Position numbers and translations under genes: made by a program | Notes under the pieces: model-generated | Databases searched by the model: none | Told to the model about the DNA's origin: nothing | Seen by the model: only the letters and a program-made list of their open reading frames with translations | Source of the DNA: Chloroflexota bacterium | GTDB lineage: Archaea > Iainarchaeota > Iainarchaeia > Iainarchaeales > GCA-2688035 | Direction of reading: 5' to 3' | DNA length: 64,000 nucleotides | Assembly (NCBI GenBank): GCA_017610335.1 | Contig: JAFCCG010000001.1 | Span: forward strand, 13,869 to 77,868 | Part shown: positions 18,498-27,934 of the stretch, one piece after another | Position numbering within the stretch: position 1 is the stretch's first letter | How the letters are laid out: the number at the start of each line of letters is the position of its first letter

Positions 18498-19306
18498 CTG
18501 AAAAGCCAACAATGACAACAATCAAAAAAATCGTGCAGGAAACTCCTAGCATTAAAACATACTATCTTGACTTTGCAATAGATGCAAAACCAGGGCAGTT
18601 TGCAATGGCATGGCTTCCAGGCCTTGATGAAAAGCCATTCACACTAACAGCAGCAGGAAAAGAATGTGCAATTACAGTGCAATGCAAGGGAAAGTTTACA
18701 GAAGCAATGTTCAGGCTAAAGGAAGGGAACAAAATTGGAATTCGCGGGTCTTACGGAAACGGCTTCTCGTTTGACAAAATTAAGAAAGCATGCATTGTTG
18801 CAGGAGGATGCGGAGCAGCGCCCATTCTATTGCTTGCGGAAGAAATGAAAGCAAAAGGAATTGAAACACCAATTATTTTAGGGGCAAAAACAAGCAATGA
18901 ATGCCTTTTCAAGGAAAGACTTGAAAAAACCACAAAAGAATTATACATAACAACTGATGATGGCTCTTTGGGAGAAAAAGGATATGCTACAAATGCACTG
19001 GAAAAACTTATTGCAAAAGAAAAATTTGACGGTGTTTTCGGCTGCGGCCCGGAGCCAATGATGAAAGCCGTTTTTGAAATCTGTAAAAAGGCCGGTGTTG
19101 AATGCCAGCTTAATTTGGAAAGATATATGAGATGCGGGTTTGGAGTATGCGGAGCATGTGCTTTGGGCAAATGGCTTGTTTGCAAGGACGGGCCGGTGTT
19201 TTCAGAAAAACAGCTTAAGGAAACCAAAGAATTTGGCAAAAGGGCAATGCTTAAGTCAGGAAAAAGTGTTTCAACAAAAGAGTTTGCGGAGTGGAGGCAG
19301 GAATGA
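18494..19306 (+). CDS. pyrK: Dihydroorotate dehydrogenase electron transfer subunit
   Basis: KPGQF, RGSYGNGF, AGGCG, CGPEPMM and MRCGFGVCGAC...CKDGPVF (2Fe-2S). Confidence 0.96.
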   Translation: MTEKPTMTTIKKIVQETPSIKTYYLDFAIDAKPGQFAMAWLPGLDEKPFTLTAAGKECAITVQCKGKFTEAMFRLKEGNKIGIRGSYGNGFSFDKIKKACIVAGGCGAAPILLLAEEMKAKGIETPIILGAKTSNECLFKERLEKTTKELYITTDDGSLGEKGYATNALEKLIAKEKFDGVFGCGPEPMMKAVFEICKKAGVECQLNLERYMRCGFGVCGACALGKWLVCKDGPVFSEKQLKETKEFGKRAMLKSGKSVSTKEFAEWRQE

Positions 19307-19953
19307 AGCGAAAAAACCAAAAAGTTGTTTTGAAAGGAGGAAAAAGAGACTTTATAGCAGACAAGGTTAGAAAGTCTAATACTGTGAAAAGCATTCTCGG
19401 CCTTAAGCTGGCGCCTATTCAAGGCAAGCAAAATTTTGATGTTAAAAAAGCCAGAGCAAAAGCCAGTGGAAGCCATGGCACGGCTTATAATTTACACGTA
19501 TTCAAAGGCAAGCGTAAGATAAAGCTCGTTGTAAAAGAATACCATAAGTCATTTTTAGCAGATTTTTCTGCAGGAAGCACTCAAAGCAGCATTGCAATTA
19601 AAGAATTTGAAATATTTCAAAAACTGAGAAGGAAAGGATACCGGGTTCCGCCAACCACAAGGCTTGTTGAAGTAAATGACCAAAAATATGTTGCATTAAC
19701 TGATTTGAGAAAGATTGGAAATGTTTTAACAGACAGCAGATATCGCATTGGAAAGCTTGCAGGAGAAAAGGCTTTGGAGAAAGTAGACAAATATGTTGAA
19801 AAGGAAAACAAAAAGGCATTGGAAGAGGGCATTGACCTAATAGATGCATGGGAGTATGTTTATAACCGCAAAACAAAAAAAGTAAAAGTATTTATTCTTG
19901 ATTTAGGGCTTGCCTTAGAAACAGTCCAAAGAGCCAAAAAGAAAAAGAATTGA
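19303..19953 (+). CDS. Basic protein with a degenerate protein-kinase-like fold
   Basis: ASGSHGTAY Gly-loop, LVVKEY, EFEIFQKL, GYRVP and ILDLG; ATGA overlap with pyrK. Confidence 0.6.
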   Translation: MKRKNQKVVLKGGKRDFIADKVRKSNTVKSILGLKLAPIQGKQNFDVKKARAKASGSHGTAYNLHVFKGKRKIKLVVKEYHKSFLADFSAGSTQSSIAIKEFEIFQKLRRKGYRVPPTTRLVEVNDQKYVALTDLRKIGNVLTDSRYRIGKLAGEKALEKVDKYVEKENKKALEEGIDLIDAWEYVYNRKTKKVKVFILDLGLALETVQRAKKKKN

Positions 19954-20242
19954 CTAAAATTTTATAGTGAAGGCAATGACAAAAGCGAAAGAAATTGAAG
20001 CAATTAAGAGGCGAATGATTGCCTGTGACCGAGCTGCAAAAACAGCTTGAAACAAAAAACAAGACAAAGGAAACCAAGGCCAAAAAATCCAAAAAGGAGA
20101 AAACTTTGAATAAAAAAAACAGAAAATAAGCAATGAACAAAAAAAAATTATGATTAAAAACAAATAAAAATAGAATGCTTTGACTAAAACTTTGCAATGT
20201 TTTAAAAGAATAATTGAAGAAATAATTTTAGGTGGGCTGTAG

Positions 20243-21262
20243 TTGCATCCGAGAAGACAAAAACTTTGGCAAGAAATTGGCGAGTGGCAGGAAGACTTTG
20301 AAGACCGCTTAATTAAGACTATTGGCAAAAGAAAACTTCCTAGCAAAAATATTGTAAGTATTGACGATTTAAGCACAGCCAATATGAAACTAATTTTTGA
20401 TTGTGCAAAACTCTTTAAAGAATTTATTATAAAGCCTGACAAAAAAATAAATCTATTGAAGGGAATGAGCCAAATTAACTTTTTCTTTGAAGAAAGTACC
20501 AGAACAAGAATTTCTTTTGAGCTTGCAGGCAAAAATTTGAGCGTTGACACAATTAATGTTTCAGCTTCCGGAAGCAGTATGCAAAAAAAGGGCGAAACAT
20601 TAAATGACACTGCAAGAACTTTAAATGCAATGCATGCCGATATGGTAATTTTAAGGCATGGCAAGGCAGGAAGCCCTCAAATGATTGCAGATAAAATAAA
20701 AGCACCTGTTATAAGTGGCGGAGACGGATGGCATGAGCATCCTACACAGGCATTGCTTGACCTTTATACAATGCTTGAAAAAAGAGGCCAGATTTCAGGA
20801 TTAAAAGTCACAATTGTCGGCGACATAAAACACAGCAGAGTAGCAGGCTCTTTGATTAGGGCATTGAACAAATTTGGAGTTGAACCAAGAATTGTTGGAC
20901 CTCCAACATTAATTCCATATGGTTTAGATAAAGTTTTCAAATGCAAAATTTACCATGACCTTGATGAAGCAGCCAAAGGGGTTGATGTAATTTATGCTTT
21001 AAGAATACAGCTTGAAAGAACTGCAGGCGGAGACATTCCAAGTGTTAGAGAATATAGCAAATGCTATTGCATAAATCATGAAAGGCTTGCACTTGCAAAG
21101 TTTGATGCAATAGTAATGCATGCAGGGCCAATTAACAGAGAAGTTGACCTAAAAACAGAAGTAATGGAGTCAGACAGAAGTGTTGTAGAAGACCAGGTTG
21201 AAAATGGCTATGCAGTAAGGCTTGCATTATTATACCTGCTAATGGGCGGTGAAAGAAGATGA
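20243..21262 (+). CDS. pyrB: Aspartate carbamoyltransferase catalytic subunit
   Basis: FFEESTRTRISFE, KGETLND, HPTQALLD, GDIKHSRV, RIQLER and MHAGP motifs. Confidence 0.97.
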   Translation: MHPRRQKLWQEIGEWQEDFEDRLIKTIGKRKLPSKNIVSIDDLSTANMKLIFDCAKLFKEFIIKPDKKINLLKGMSQINFFFEESTRTRISFELAGKNLSVDTINVSASGSSMQKKGETLNDTARTLNAMHADMVILRHGKAGSPQMIADKIKAPVISGGDGWHEHPTQALLDLYTMLEKRGQISGLKVTIVGDIKHSRVAGSLIRALNKFGVEPRIVGPPTLIPYGLDKVFKCKIYHDLDEAAKGVDVIYALRIQLERTAGGDIPSVREYSKCYCINHERLALAKFDAIVMHAGPINREVDLKTEVMESDRSVVEDQVENGYAVRLALLYLLMGGERR

Positions 21263-22548
21263 CATCAATCTTAATCAAAAATGGAAAAGTAATTGACCCT
21301 TTAAACAAAATAAATAAAAAAATGGATATTTTGGTAAAGAATGGAAAAATTGCAGCACTTGGAGCAAACATAAAAGAAAAAGCTGATGAAACAATTGATG
21401 CAAAAGGACTAATTGTATGCCCCGGCCTGATTGACATGCATGTTCATTTAAGAGAACCAGGAAGAGAAGATAAGGAAACACTTGCAACTGCAAGCAAGGC
21501 AGCAGCAAAAGGCGGTTTTACAACAATTGCAGGAATGCCAAACACAACACCTGATGCAGACAATCAAACAGTAATTGAATTTATTTTAAGCATGGCAAAA
21601 AAAGATTCAATAGTAAATATTTTGCCAATTGGAACAATTACAAAGGGAAGAAAAGGAAAAGAACTTGCTGAAATTGGAGAGCTTAAAAAAACAGGCGCTA
21701 TTGCAGTAAGCGACGACGGAAGCGATATTCAGGACGCAAATGTAATGAGAAAGGCATTGGAATACTGCACAATGTGGAACATGCCATTACTTTCACATTC
21801 AGAGGATACAAAACTTGCTGGCGAAGGAGTAATGCATGAAGGACTTGTTTCAACAGAACTTGGTTTGCCTGCAAAACCTGCTGCAGCAGAAGAAGTAATG
21901 GTTGCAAGAGAAATAATTCTAAGCGAACTTGCAGATGCACAAATTCACTTTTGCCATATTTCAACAAAAGGAAGCATTGACTTGATAAAACTTGCAAAAA
22001 AGAAAAAATTAAAAATTTCTGCAGAAACCTGTCCGCATTATTTTACACTAACAGATGAAAATGTTAAAGGTTATAATGCAAATGCAAAAGTTAATCCGCC
22101 TTTAAGAAGCAATGAACATATGAAAGCAGTTTTGGAAGGATTAAAGGACGGCACAATTGATGTTATTGCTTCAGATCATGCACCACATTTGCTTGTGGAA
22201 AAATTCAAAGAATTTGAATACTGTGAAAATGGAATAGTTGGACTTGAAACAATTCTGCCACTAGTATTAGACAAGCTTGTTCATGCAAACATTCTGTCTT
22301 TAGAAGATGCAATTGCAAAGCTTTCATGCAACCCGGCAAAAATTCTTGGAATTGACAAGGGAACTTTGGGAAAAGGAAAGGATGCAGACATTACAATCAT
22401 TGATTTGGAAGCAAAAGAAACCGTTGACCCGGAAAAATTTGAAAGCAAGGGAAGGAACACGCCTTTTGCCGGAATGAAGTTAAAAGGAAAAGCCCTTTAT
22501 ACGATTGTTTCCGGAAAAGTTGTAATGCGGCAGGGAAAACTTGAGTGA
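21259..22548 (+). CDS. pyrC: Dihydroorotase
   Basis: PGLIDMHVHLREPG, MPNT, KVNPPLR, ASDHAPH and SKGRNTPF motifs. Confidence 0.97.
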   Translation: MTSILIKNGKVIDPLNKINKKMDILVKNGKIAALGANIKEKADETIDAKGLIVCPGLIDMHVHLREPGREDKETLATASKAAAKGGFTTIAGMPNTTPDADNQTVIEFILSMAKKDSIVNILPIGTITKGRKGKELAEIGELKKTGAIAVSDDGSDIQDANVMRKALEYCTMWNMPLLSHSEDTKLAGEGVMHEGLVSTELGLPAKPAAAEEVMVAREIILSELADAQIHFCHISTKGSIDLIKLAKKKKLKISAETCPHYFTLTDENVKGYNANAKVNPPLRSNEHMKAVLEGLKDGTIDVIASDHAPHLLVEKFKEFEYCENGIVGLETILPLVLDKLVHANILSLEDAIAKLSCNPAKILGIDKGTLGKGKDADITIIDLEAKETVDPEKFESKGRNTPFAGMKLKGKALYTIVSGKVVMRQGKLE

Positions 22549-22568
22549 TAGAAAACAGGTTATAAATT

Positions 22569-22952
22569 ATGAGAATTCACTACAAAAAAAAGAGACCTGG
22601 TTCAACTCCTGAAAAGCAAAAAAGGCAAATGACCAAAAATAAAAGAAAACGGAAAAAACAGGAACAAGAGAAAGGAAAACCCAAAAACGAGTTTATAATG
22701 TTGAAGAAATCTGACAGCGGATGGTTTCCAATAATTACTGCAAAAGTCTCAAGGGATCTGTGTAGTTTAAAAGATACATCCTTTGGAATACACCCCTACA
22801 AAGTGGACAGAGGGAACTCAAGCAAAAACTGCATTTATTTCGATGTTTCACTAGACCCTAAAGCAAAAGGTGCAAGAAGGAATTACAATGAAAGATTTGC
22901 TTATTACCCAAAAGAAAAGAGACTCGACAGGGTAACTACAAAAATTTTTTAA
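22569..22952 (+). CDS. Basic hypothetical protein
   Basis: 127 aa; Lys/Arg-rich N-terminus shared with the downstream frameshifted ORF. Confidence 0.7.
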   Translation: MRIHYKKKRPGSTPEKQKRQMTKNKRKRKKQEQEKGKPKNEFIMLKKSDSGWFPIITAKVSRDLCSLKDTSFGIHPYKVDRGNSSKNCIYFDVSLDPKAKGARRNYNERFAYYPKEKRLDRVTTKIF

Positions 22953-22961
22953 GAGGGTTTT

Positions 22962-23187
22962 ATGGGAGGCGGAAGAACCAGAAAAACAGGCAGTACCCTT
23001 GCAAAAAAAAATGAGGCAACAGGCCAAAAAGCGGAAGAGACAGGCAAACAGAAAAAAGGAAAAGGGAAAGTCTCATGGGTTAATGAGTAAAGCCAAAGTA
23101 CCATTAAAAAGAAAAGCTTTTATTGAAAGGAAAAGAGAATTATATCAATTGAATTTTTTGGAGGGAAAAAAAAATGGCAGGACCTAG
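22962..23187 (+). pseudogene. Frameshifted basic ORF (extra A in an A9 tract), N-terminal paralog of 22569..22952
   Basis: Removing one A at 23003-23011 gives MGGGRTRKTGSTLAKKMRQQAKKRKRQANRKKEKGK..., colinear with GSTPEKQKRQMTKNKRKRKKQEQEKGK. Confidence 0.6.
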
Positions 23188-23392
23188 AAGAAAAAGAACT
23201 GTAAACAAAAAATCGCTTGGATCTGAAGGAAAAAGAGTGCGACAGCAAATTATTGACGGACATAATAAGGAAATAGAAAAGCTGAAAATTAAATTGGAAA
23301 AGACAGAAGACCCAACTCAAAAGCAATTTTTGCAAAGGCAGATTAGAAAAGAAGTTATAGCAATAACAAGATTTAAACAACAAACAAAGTAA
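23174..23392 (+). CDS. Small basic coiled-coil hypothetical protein
   Basis: 72 aa; GGAGG SD; MAGPRRKR start. Confidence 0.65.
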   Translation: MAGPRRKRTVNKKSLGSEGKRVRQQIIDGHNKEIEKLKIKLEKTEDPTQKQFLQRQIRKEVIAITRFKQQTK

Positions 23393-23403
23393 AGGTAATA
23401 GTT

Positions 23404-24033
23404 TTGAATTCAAAAAAAGAGATATGCAATAAGCTGTTTGACATTGGAGCGGTCAAATTTGGCTGCTTTACTTTAAAGAGCGGGCTACTCAGCCCAATTT
23501 ATATCGACCTTAGGATTTTGATTTCTTATCCTAACGCATTGAAAATAATCGCATCAAAACTTGTTGAAATTGCAAAGCCACTGCAGTTTGATTTGATTGC
23601 AGGAATTCCCTATGCAGCAATTGCAATCGCAACAGCGGTTTCACTTGAATCAGGCTGGCCGATGATTTATCCAAGAATGACGACAAAAAGCCATGGAACA
23701 AAAAAAGCAGTTGAAGGCAAATTCAAAGAAGGACAAACTGTTTTAGCAATAGATGATTTGATTACTAAGGGCACAAGCATGCTTGAAGCAGCTGTTTTAT
23801 TAGAAGAAGCAGGTCTTAAAGTAAAAGACCTTGTTGTATTAGTTGACAGAGAACAAGGTGGACCGGAAATTTTAAAAGAAAAAGGATACAAACTACATGC
23901 AGTTTTGAAAATTAGCGAAATGCTTGATTTATTACTTGAAAGCGAAAAAATTTCACAAAAACAATTTGATTCAATAAAAAAATATTTTGCAGACCCTGAA
24001 GAGTGGAGCAAAAAAAATACTTTAAATGCCTAA
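23404..24033 (+). CDS. pyrE: Orotate phosphoribosyltransferase
   Basis: FTLKSGLLSPIYIDLR, AIDDLITKGTS and VLVDREQG motifs. Confidence 0.96.
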   Translation: MNSKKEICNKLFDIGAVKFGCFTLKSGLLSPIYIDLRILISYPNALKIIASKLVEIAKPLQFDLIAGIPYAAIAIATAVSLESGWPMIYPRMTTKSHGTKKAVEGKFKEGQTVLAIDDLITKGTSMLEAAVLLEEAGLKVKDLVVLVDREQGGPEILKEKGYKLHAVLKISEMLDLLLESEKISQKQFDSIKKYFADPEEWSKKNTLNA

Positions 24034-24050
24034 AAGGATGCTGATTGAGC

Positions 24051-24599
24051 ATGAAGCTAAAAATTGGAGTAATGGGTGGAGCATGAGGCCAGCACTCTAA
24101 AGAACTACTTGAAAAGGCAACAGCTGTTGGAAAAACAATTGCTGAAAACAAAGCAATTTTCTTCTTTGGTGCAACAATCGGTTTACCCCTTGCTGCTGCT
24201 AAAGGAGCAAAAGAAGCAGACGGCACTGTTATAGGAGTAAGCCCTGCTTTAAACGAAAAAGAACACTTGGAAAAATACCAGTACCCAATGGACGCTTGTT
24301 CAACCATAATTTATACAGGAATGGGTCTTGCAGGCGGAAGAAATACAATCCTTGTCAGAAGCTGCAATGCTATTATTGTAATTGGCGGCAGGATTGGAAC
24401 AATGAACGAGTTTTCAGTAGCCTATGCTGCAGAAATTCCAATAGGATTGCTTAAGGGCAGTGGCGGAATGGCTGACAAGATTGAAGAGCTTGAAAGGGAT
24501 GTTATGAAAGGAGAATATCCAACTCCAATAATTTTAGAAACAGATCCAAAAAAACTTGTTGAAAAAATGCTGGAATTGCTAAAACAAGAAAAGCATTAA
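24051..24599 (+). pseudogene. LOG/SLOG-family (TIGR00725-like) nucleotide-binding protein with an in-frame TGA at codon 12
   Basis: MKLKIGVMGGA*GQH...GATIGLPLAAAKGAK...YTGMG...RN...GGRIGTMNE; continuous frame except TGA at 24084-24086. Confidence 0.75.
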
Positions 24600-24659
24600 A
24601 TTACGACTTGCCATGAAAGCATTAAATACTGGCTTTGCCTATTCTTTACTGATTTGTTT

Positions 24660-26192
24660 ATGACAAAAAAAGAAAGTGCCTATAGTCAAATAATGGTAGT
24701 GAGACCTTTTGACATTGAAGCTCAACGAATGATTTGTGTAATGAACCATGCGGATGTAATGGAATTAGGAATTTTTCCGCTTGACAGGGTTGAAATAAAA
24801 GTTGTTGAAAGCAAGAAGCGAATAGTTACAGTTGTTGATGTAACCAAAACAATGGTAAAGCCAAACGAAATAGGGGTCTTCAACGATGTGAAAGAAGAAC
24901 TGTCACTAAAAAAGGGAAGCAGAGTAAAAATTACACCAGTCCCAAAGCCTGTTTCACTTGAATACATTAAAAAAAAGCTTAATGGAGAAGAATTGAAAGA
25001 AAACGAAATTAAAGAAATTGTCAGCGACATAAGTAAAAATGCTTTAAGTGAAATTGAAACAAGTGCTTTTGTAAGCGCGGTATTTATGCAAGGATATACG
25101 TTGGATGAAACAGTTGCTATGACAAAAGCATTGGCTGAAAATGGCAAGGAAATAAAAATTTCAAAAAAGCCGGTTGTTGACAAGCATTGTATTGGTGGAA
25201 CAAATGGTCGTACCACAATGATTATTATTCCAATTGTTGCCTCGGCAGGATGTTTTGTTCCAAAAACAAGCAGCAGAAGCATTACCAGTGCCGCAGGAAC
25301 AGCGGACGTAATGGAAGTGCTTGCAAATGTTTCGCTTTCAATAAGCCAGATAAAAAACATTACTGAAAGAATTGGTGCAGTAATTGCATGGGGTGGTGCA
25401 CTGGACCTTGCACCGGTTGATGATGAAATAATCAAAATAGAACATCCTTTTTCTCTTGATCCGCCTGGTCAGGTTATTGCTTCAGTAATGGCAAAAAAGG
25501 CAAGTGTTGGAAGCAAGTTTGTGGTAATTGATTTACCAGTCGGACCAGATGTAAAAATCCACACAAAAGAAAAAGCAGAGGACATGGCAAGAAAATTTAT
25601 TGCTGTTGGAAAGCACCTTGGAATGGAAGTTCAGGCTGTTTTAACTGATGGAACACACCCATGCGGAAGGGTTTTTGGACCAATGCTTGAAGCAAAACAC
25701 GTGATGCAGATTTTGGAAGGAGAATTTTTTGACGACCTTGCTCAAAAAAGCTGCGAACTTGCAGGACTTCTATTGGAATTATGCGGCAAAGCAAAAAAAG
25801 GCAAAGGTTATACTATTGCAAAAGAGATTCTTGAAAGCGGAAAGGCATTGAAAAAAATGCAGCAGATAATAAAAGCACAGGGCGGACAGTACATTAAAAG
25901 CAGCAAAATGCCAAAGCTAAAGCTTGGCAAAGATGTACTTGCAAAAGAATCCGGAACAATTGACAAAATTAATGTAAGAAAATGCAATACTGTTGCAAGG
26001 ATTGCAGGTTCTCCGGCTGACAAAGAAGCTGGGTTATATCTTTATGTTGAAGAAAGTAATATTGTTAAAAAAAATCAGCCTTTGTTTAAAATATTCAGCA
26101 AAAACAAAAGAAAACTTAAGCTTGCATTGAACTATGCAAAAAAGAACGAAATTGTTGAACTTGAACACAATATAATCAAAACAATGCGTTGA
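24660..26192 (+). CDS. deoA: AMP phosphorylase (thymidine phosphorylase family)
   Basis: N-terminal extension; DKHCIGG, PKTSSRSITSAAGTADVME, SVMAKK and IIKAQGG motifs. Confidence 0.92.
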   Translation: MTKKESAYSQIMVVRPFDIEAQRMICVMNHADVMELGIFPLDRVEIKVVESKKRIVTVVDVTKTMVKPNEIGVFNDVKEELSLKKGSRVKITPVPKPVSLEYIKKKLNGEELKENEIKEIVSDISKNALSEIETSAFVSAVFMQGYTLDETVAMTKALAENGKEIKISKKPVVDKHCIGGTNGRTTMIIIPIVASAGCFVPKTSSRSITSAAGTADVMEVLANVSLSISQIKNITERIGAVIAWGGALDLAPVDDEIIKIEHPFSLDPPGQVIASVMAKKASVGSKFVVIDLPVGPDVKIHTKEKAEDMARKFIAVGKHLGMEVQAVLTDGTHPCGRVFGPMLEAKHVMQILEGEFFDDLAQKSCELAGLLLELCGKAKKGKGYTIAKEILESGKALKKMQQIIKAQGGQYIKSSKMPKLKLGKDVLAKESGTIDKINVRKCNTVARIAGSPADKEAGLYLYVEESNIVKKNQPLFKIFSKNKRKLKLALNYAKKNEIVELEHNIIKTMR

Positions 26193-26210
26193 TAGTGTAA
26201 CACAAAATCA

Positions 26211-26995
26211 TTAGGTTATTTCGTTAAATGTTTCTACAAAACATTCAACTGGCAACAAGTCAACTTTTTCTTCAGCCATTTCAATAGAAGAAACTCTTTT
26301 ATCAAACTCTTTCGAACTGATACTAAGAACGGGCAACAAAAATTGTTTACTTTTATTTAAAGCATTTGAAAGATTTTTGTTTCTAAACCTGAAAAGAGTT
26401 TTTACAAAAAAGACAAAGTTTTTTTTGTCTTTGACTTTTTGAATTTCTTTACATCGTTCAAACACAATAATTGCACTTTCACCTTTTGGCTTTGGAAAAA
26501 ACGAACCTGCTGAGACAGTTTGTATAATTTCTGAATCAAAATAGTATTGAGTTAGTACACTCAAAGCGCAATATTCTTCAAAGCCAGGAAATGCAACGAG
26601 CTTTTCTGCAAATTCTTTTTGAAAAACAAGAACGCCTAATTCAAATTGATTTTCCAAAAGCTTGTAAATTATAGCAGAACTTTGCGAGTATGGTGGAAGT
26701 TTAGAAAATCGCCGCATACAAGTGTGAGATTTTTTTGTGAAAGCTCTTCTTTAAGAACCGTACAAAGTTTTTCATCTTTTTCAACTGCGATAACTTTGCT
26801 TTTTTTCAAAAGAGCTCTTGTAAGAAAACCCGTTCCAGAACCAATTTCAAGCACCACGTCACTTGCTTTTAAGTCTGCAAGCTCAACAATTTTTTCAATC
26901 AGCTGTTCGTTTATTACAAAATTTTGAGAAAGTTTTCTATTTGCTCTAAACCTATGTTTTACCATCAGATTTTGCAATTCATTAAAAAGGCTCAT
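26211..26995 (-). pseudogene. rsmA: 16S rRNA dimethyltransferase RsmA/KsgA/Dim1, frameshifted
   Basis: LSQNF, VLEIGSGTGFLT and GDFL in one frame; PPYSQSS, QKEFAEKL and FFPKPK in another; junction near 26700; synteny with DUF655. Confidence 0.85.
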
Positions 26996-27000
26996 AAAAT

Positions 27001-27570
27001 TTAGAATCGTTTGCCAAAAGTTGCTTCTTTTACAGGTGGTCTGGCAAAAATATAATGATTAAGTGCATCATCTTCTAATTCAAGCATTATTCGTTTCACA
27101 ATTGTTTTTGAAGGATCTGGCAAAAGATGTATCCTTGAAGCAAGATCTTCAAATGACTCAAATGGCTTTTTTTCTCTTTCTTTTAGAATATTAAACATGT
27201 GCTTTTTTCCCATTCCTGGCAAGAGCTCAAGCTGGTGTCTTCGCAGAGTAATTGAACGGGCATTGTTAAAAAAGTCAAGAAATCTTTTTTGGTCTTCGGC
27301 TACGATTTTTTCAACTGCCTTTTCAATTTCTGCAACTGCCGTGCTTGAAAGCTGGTCAAAATTTATTCTTCGTTTAATAAAATCAATTTTTGCTCTTTCA
27401 TCTTTACCTACATAAACAGTTTCCATTACTTTAAGATCTTCTTTTGGAACTACTTCAAGCAATGAAAAAAATTGTTTTCCCAAAATTTGTGCAATTGGTT
27501 CCGGCTTAAAGCTGTTTGGTTTTCCTTTTGGCATGTAATCCAAAACAAGTGCTTCTTCTTCGTTTGGCAT
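27001..27570 (-). CDS. DUF655 putative RNA-binding protein
   Basis: VLDYMP, FFNNARSITLRRHQLELLPGMGKK and PFESFED; conserved rpo4 neighbour. Confidence 0.92.
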   Translation of the reverse strand: MPNEEEALVLDYMPKGKPNSFKPEPIAQILGKQFFSLLEVVPKEDLKVMETVYVGKDERAKIDFIKRRINFDQLSSTAVAEIEKAVEKIVAEDQKRFLDFFNNARSITLRRHQLELLPGMGKKHMFNILKEREKKPFESFEDLASRIHLLPDPSKTIVKRIMLELEDDALNHYIFARPPVKEATFGKRF

Positions 27571-27598
27571 AGTATATCACCGCTTTTGAAAAAAATAG

Positions 27599-27934
27599 TT
27601 ATTTCCTGTACTTTTTGCACAGAGAAAGTATTTTTTGCAAGTCAACCTCGTTTAACACAGTTTCCTTGATAATTAGAAGCTGTAGCTTTTCCTTTTTCTC
27701 CGGCAAAATGTCAATGATTTTTGTTACTGTTTCCGGATTAAGCCCTTCAATTTTTTCAAGATCTGTTTGCAACTTTTTGGCATTTATTAAACTAAGTTTT
27801 GAAAACTTTTTTGCAAATTTTAAAGTAATATCCTGTTCGTAGGTTAAATCTTTTTCTTTTTTTCTGTCAGCAAGCAATTGCTTTACTTCAGCCAAGTTAA
27901 CAGGTTTTTGGTTAATGAATTTTTCTCCAATCAT
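27599..27934 (-). CDS. rpo4: RNA polymerase subunit Rpo4 (RpoF)
   Basis: LAEVKQLL, LTYEQ and KIIDILP motifs; between L21e and DUF655. Confidence 0.9.
   Translation of the reverse strand: MIGEKFINQKPVNLAEVKQLLADRKKEKDLTYEQDITLKFAKKFSKLSLINAKKLQTDLEKIEGLNPETVTKIIDILPEKKEKLQLLIIKETVLNEVDLQKILSLCKKYRK

Noticed and set aside
24084..24086. Genome-wide TGA reassignment
   Set aside because: Conserved genes here (pyrK, pyrB, pyrC, rpo4's upstream rpl21e) end at TGA at their expected lengths.
24600..24653. SECIS-like hairpin after the TGA-containing LOG gene
   Set aside because: Pairing is weak, and the AAAGC-ATTAAATA core looks like the BRE/TATA promoter of the AMP phosphorylase gene.
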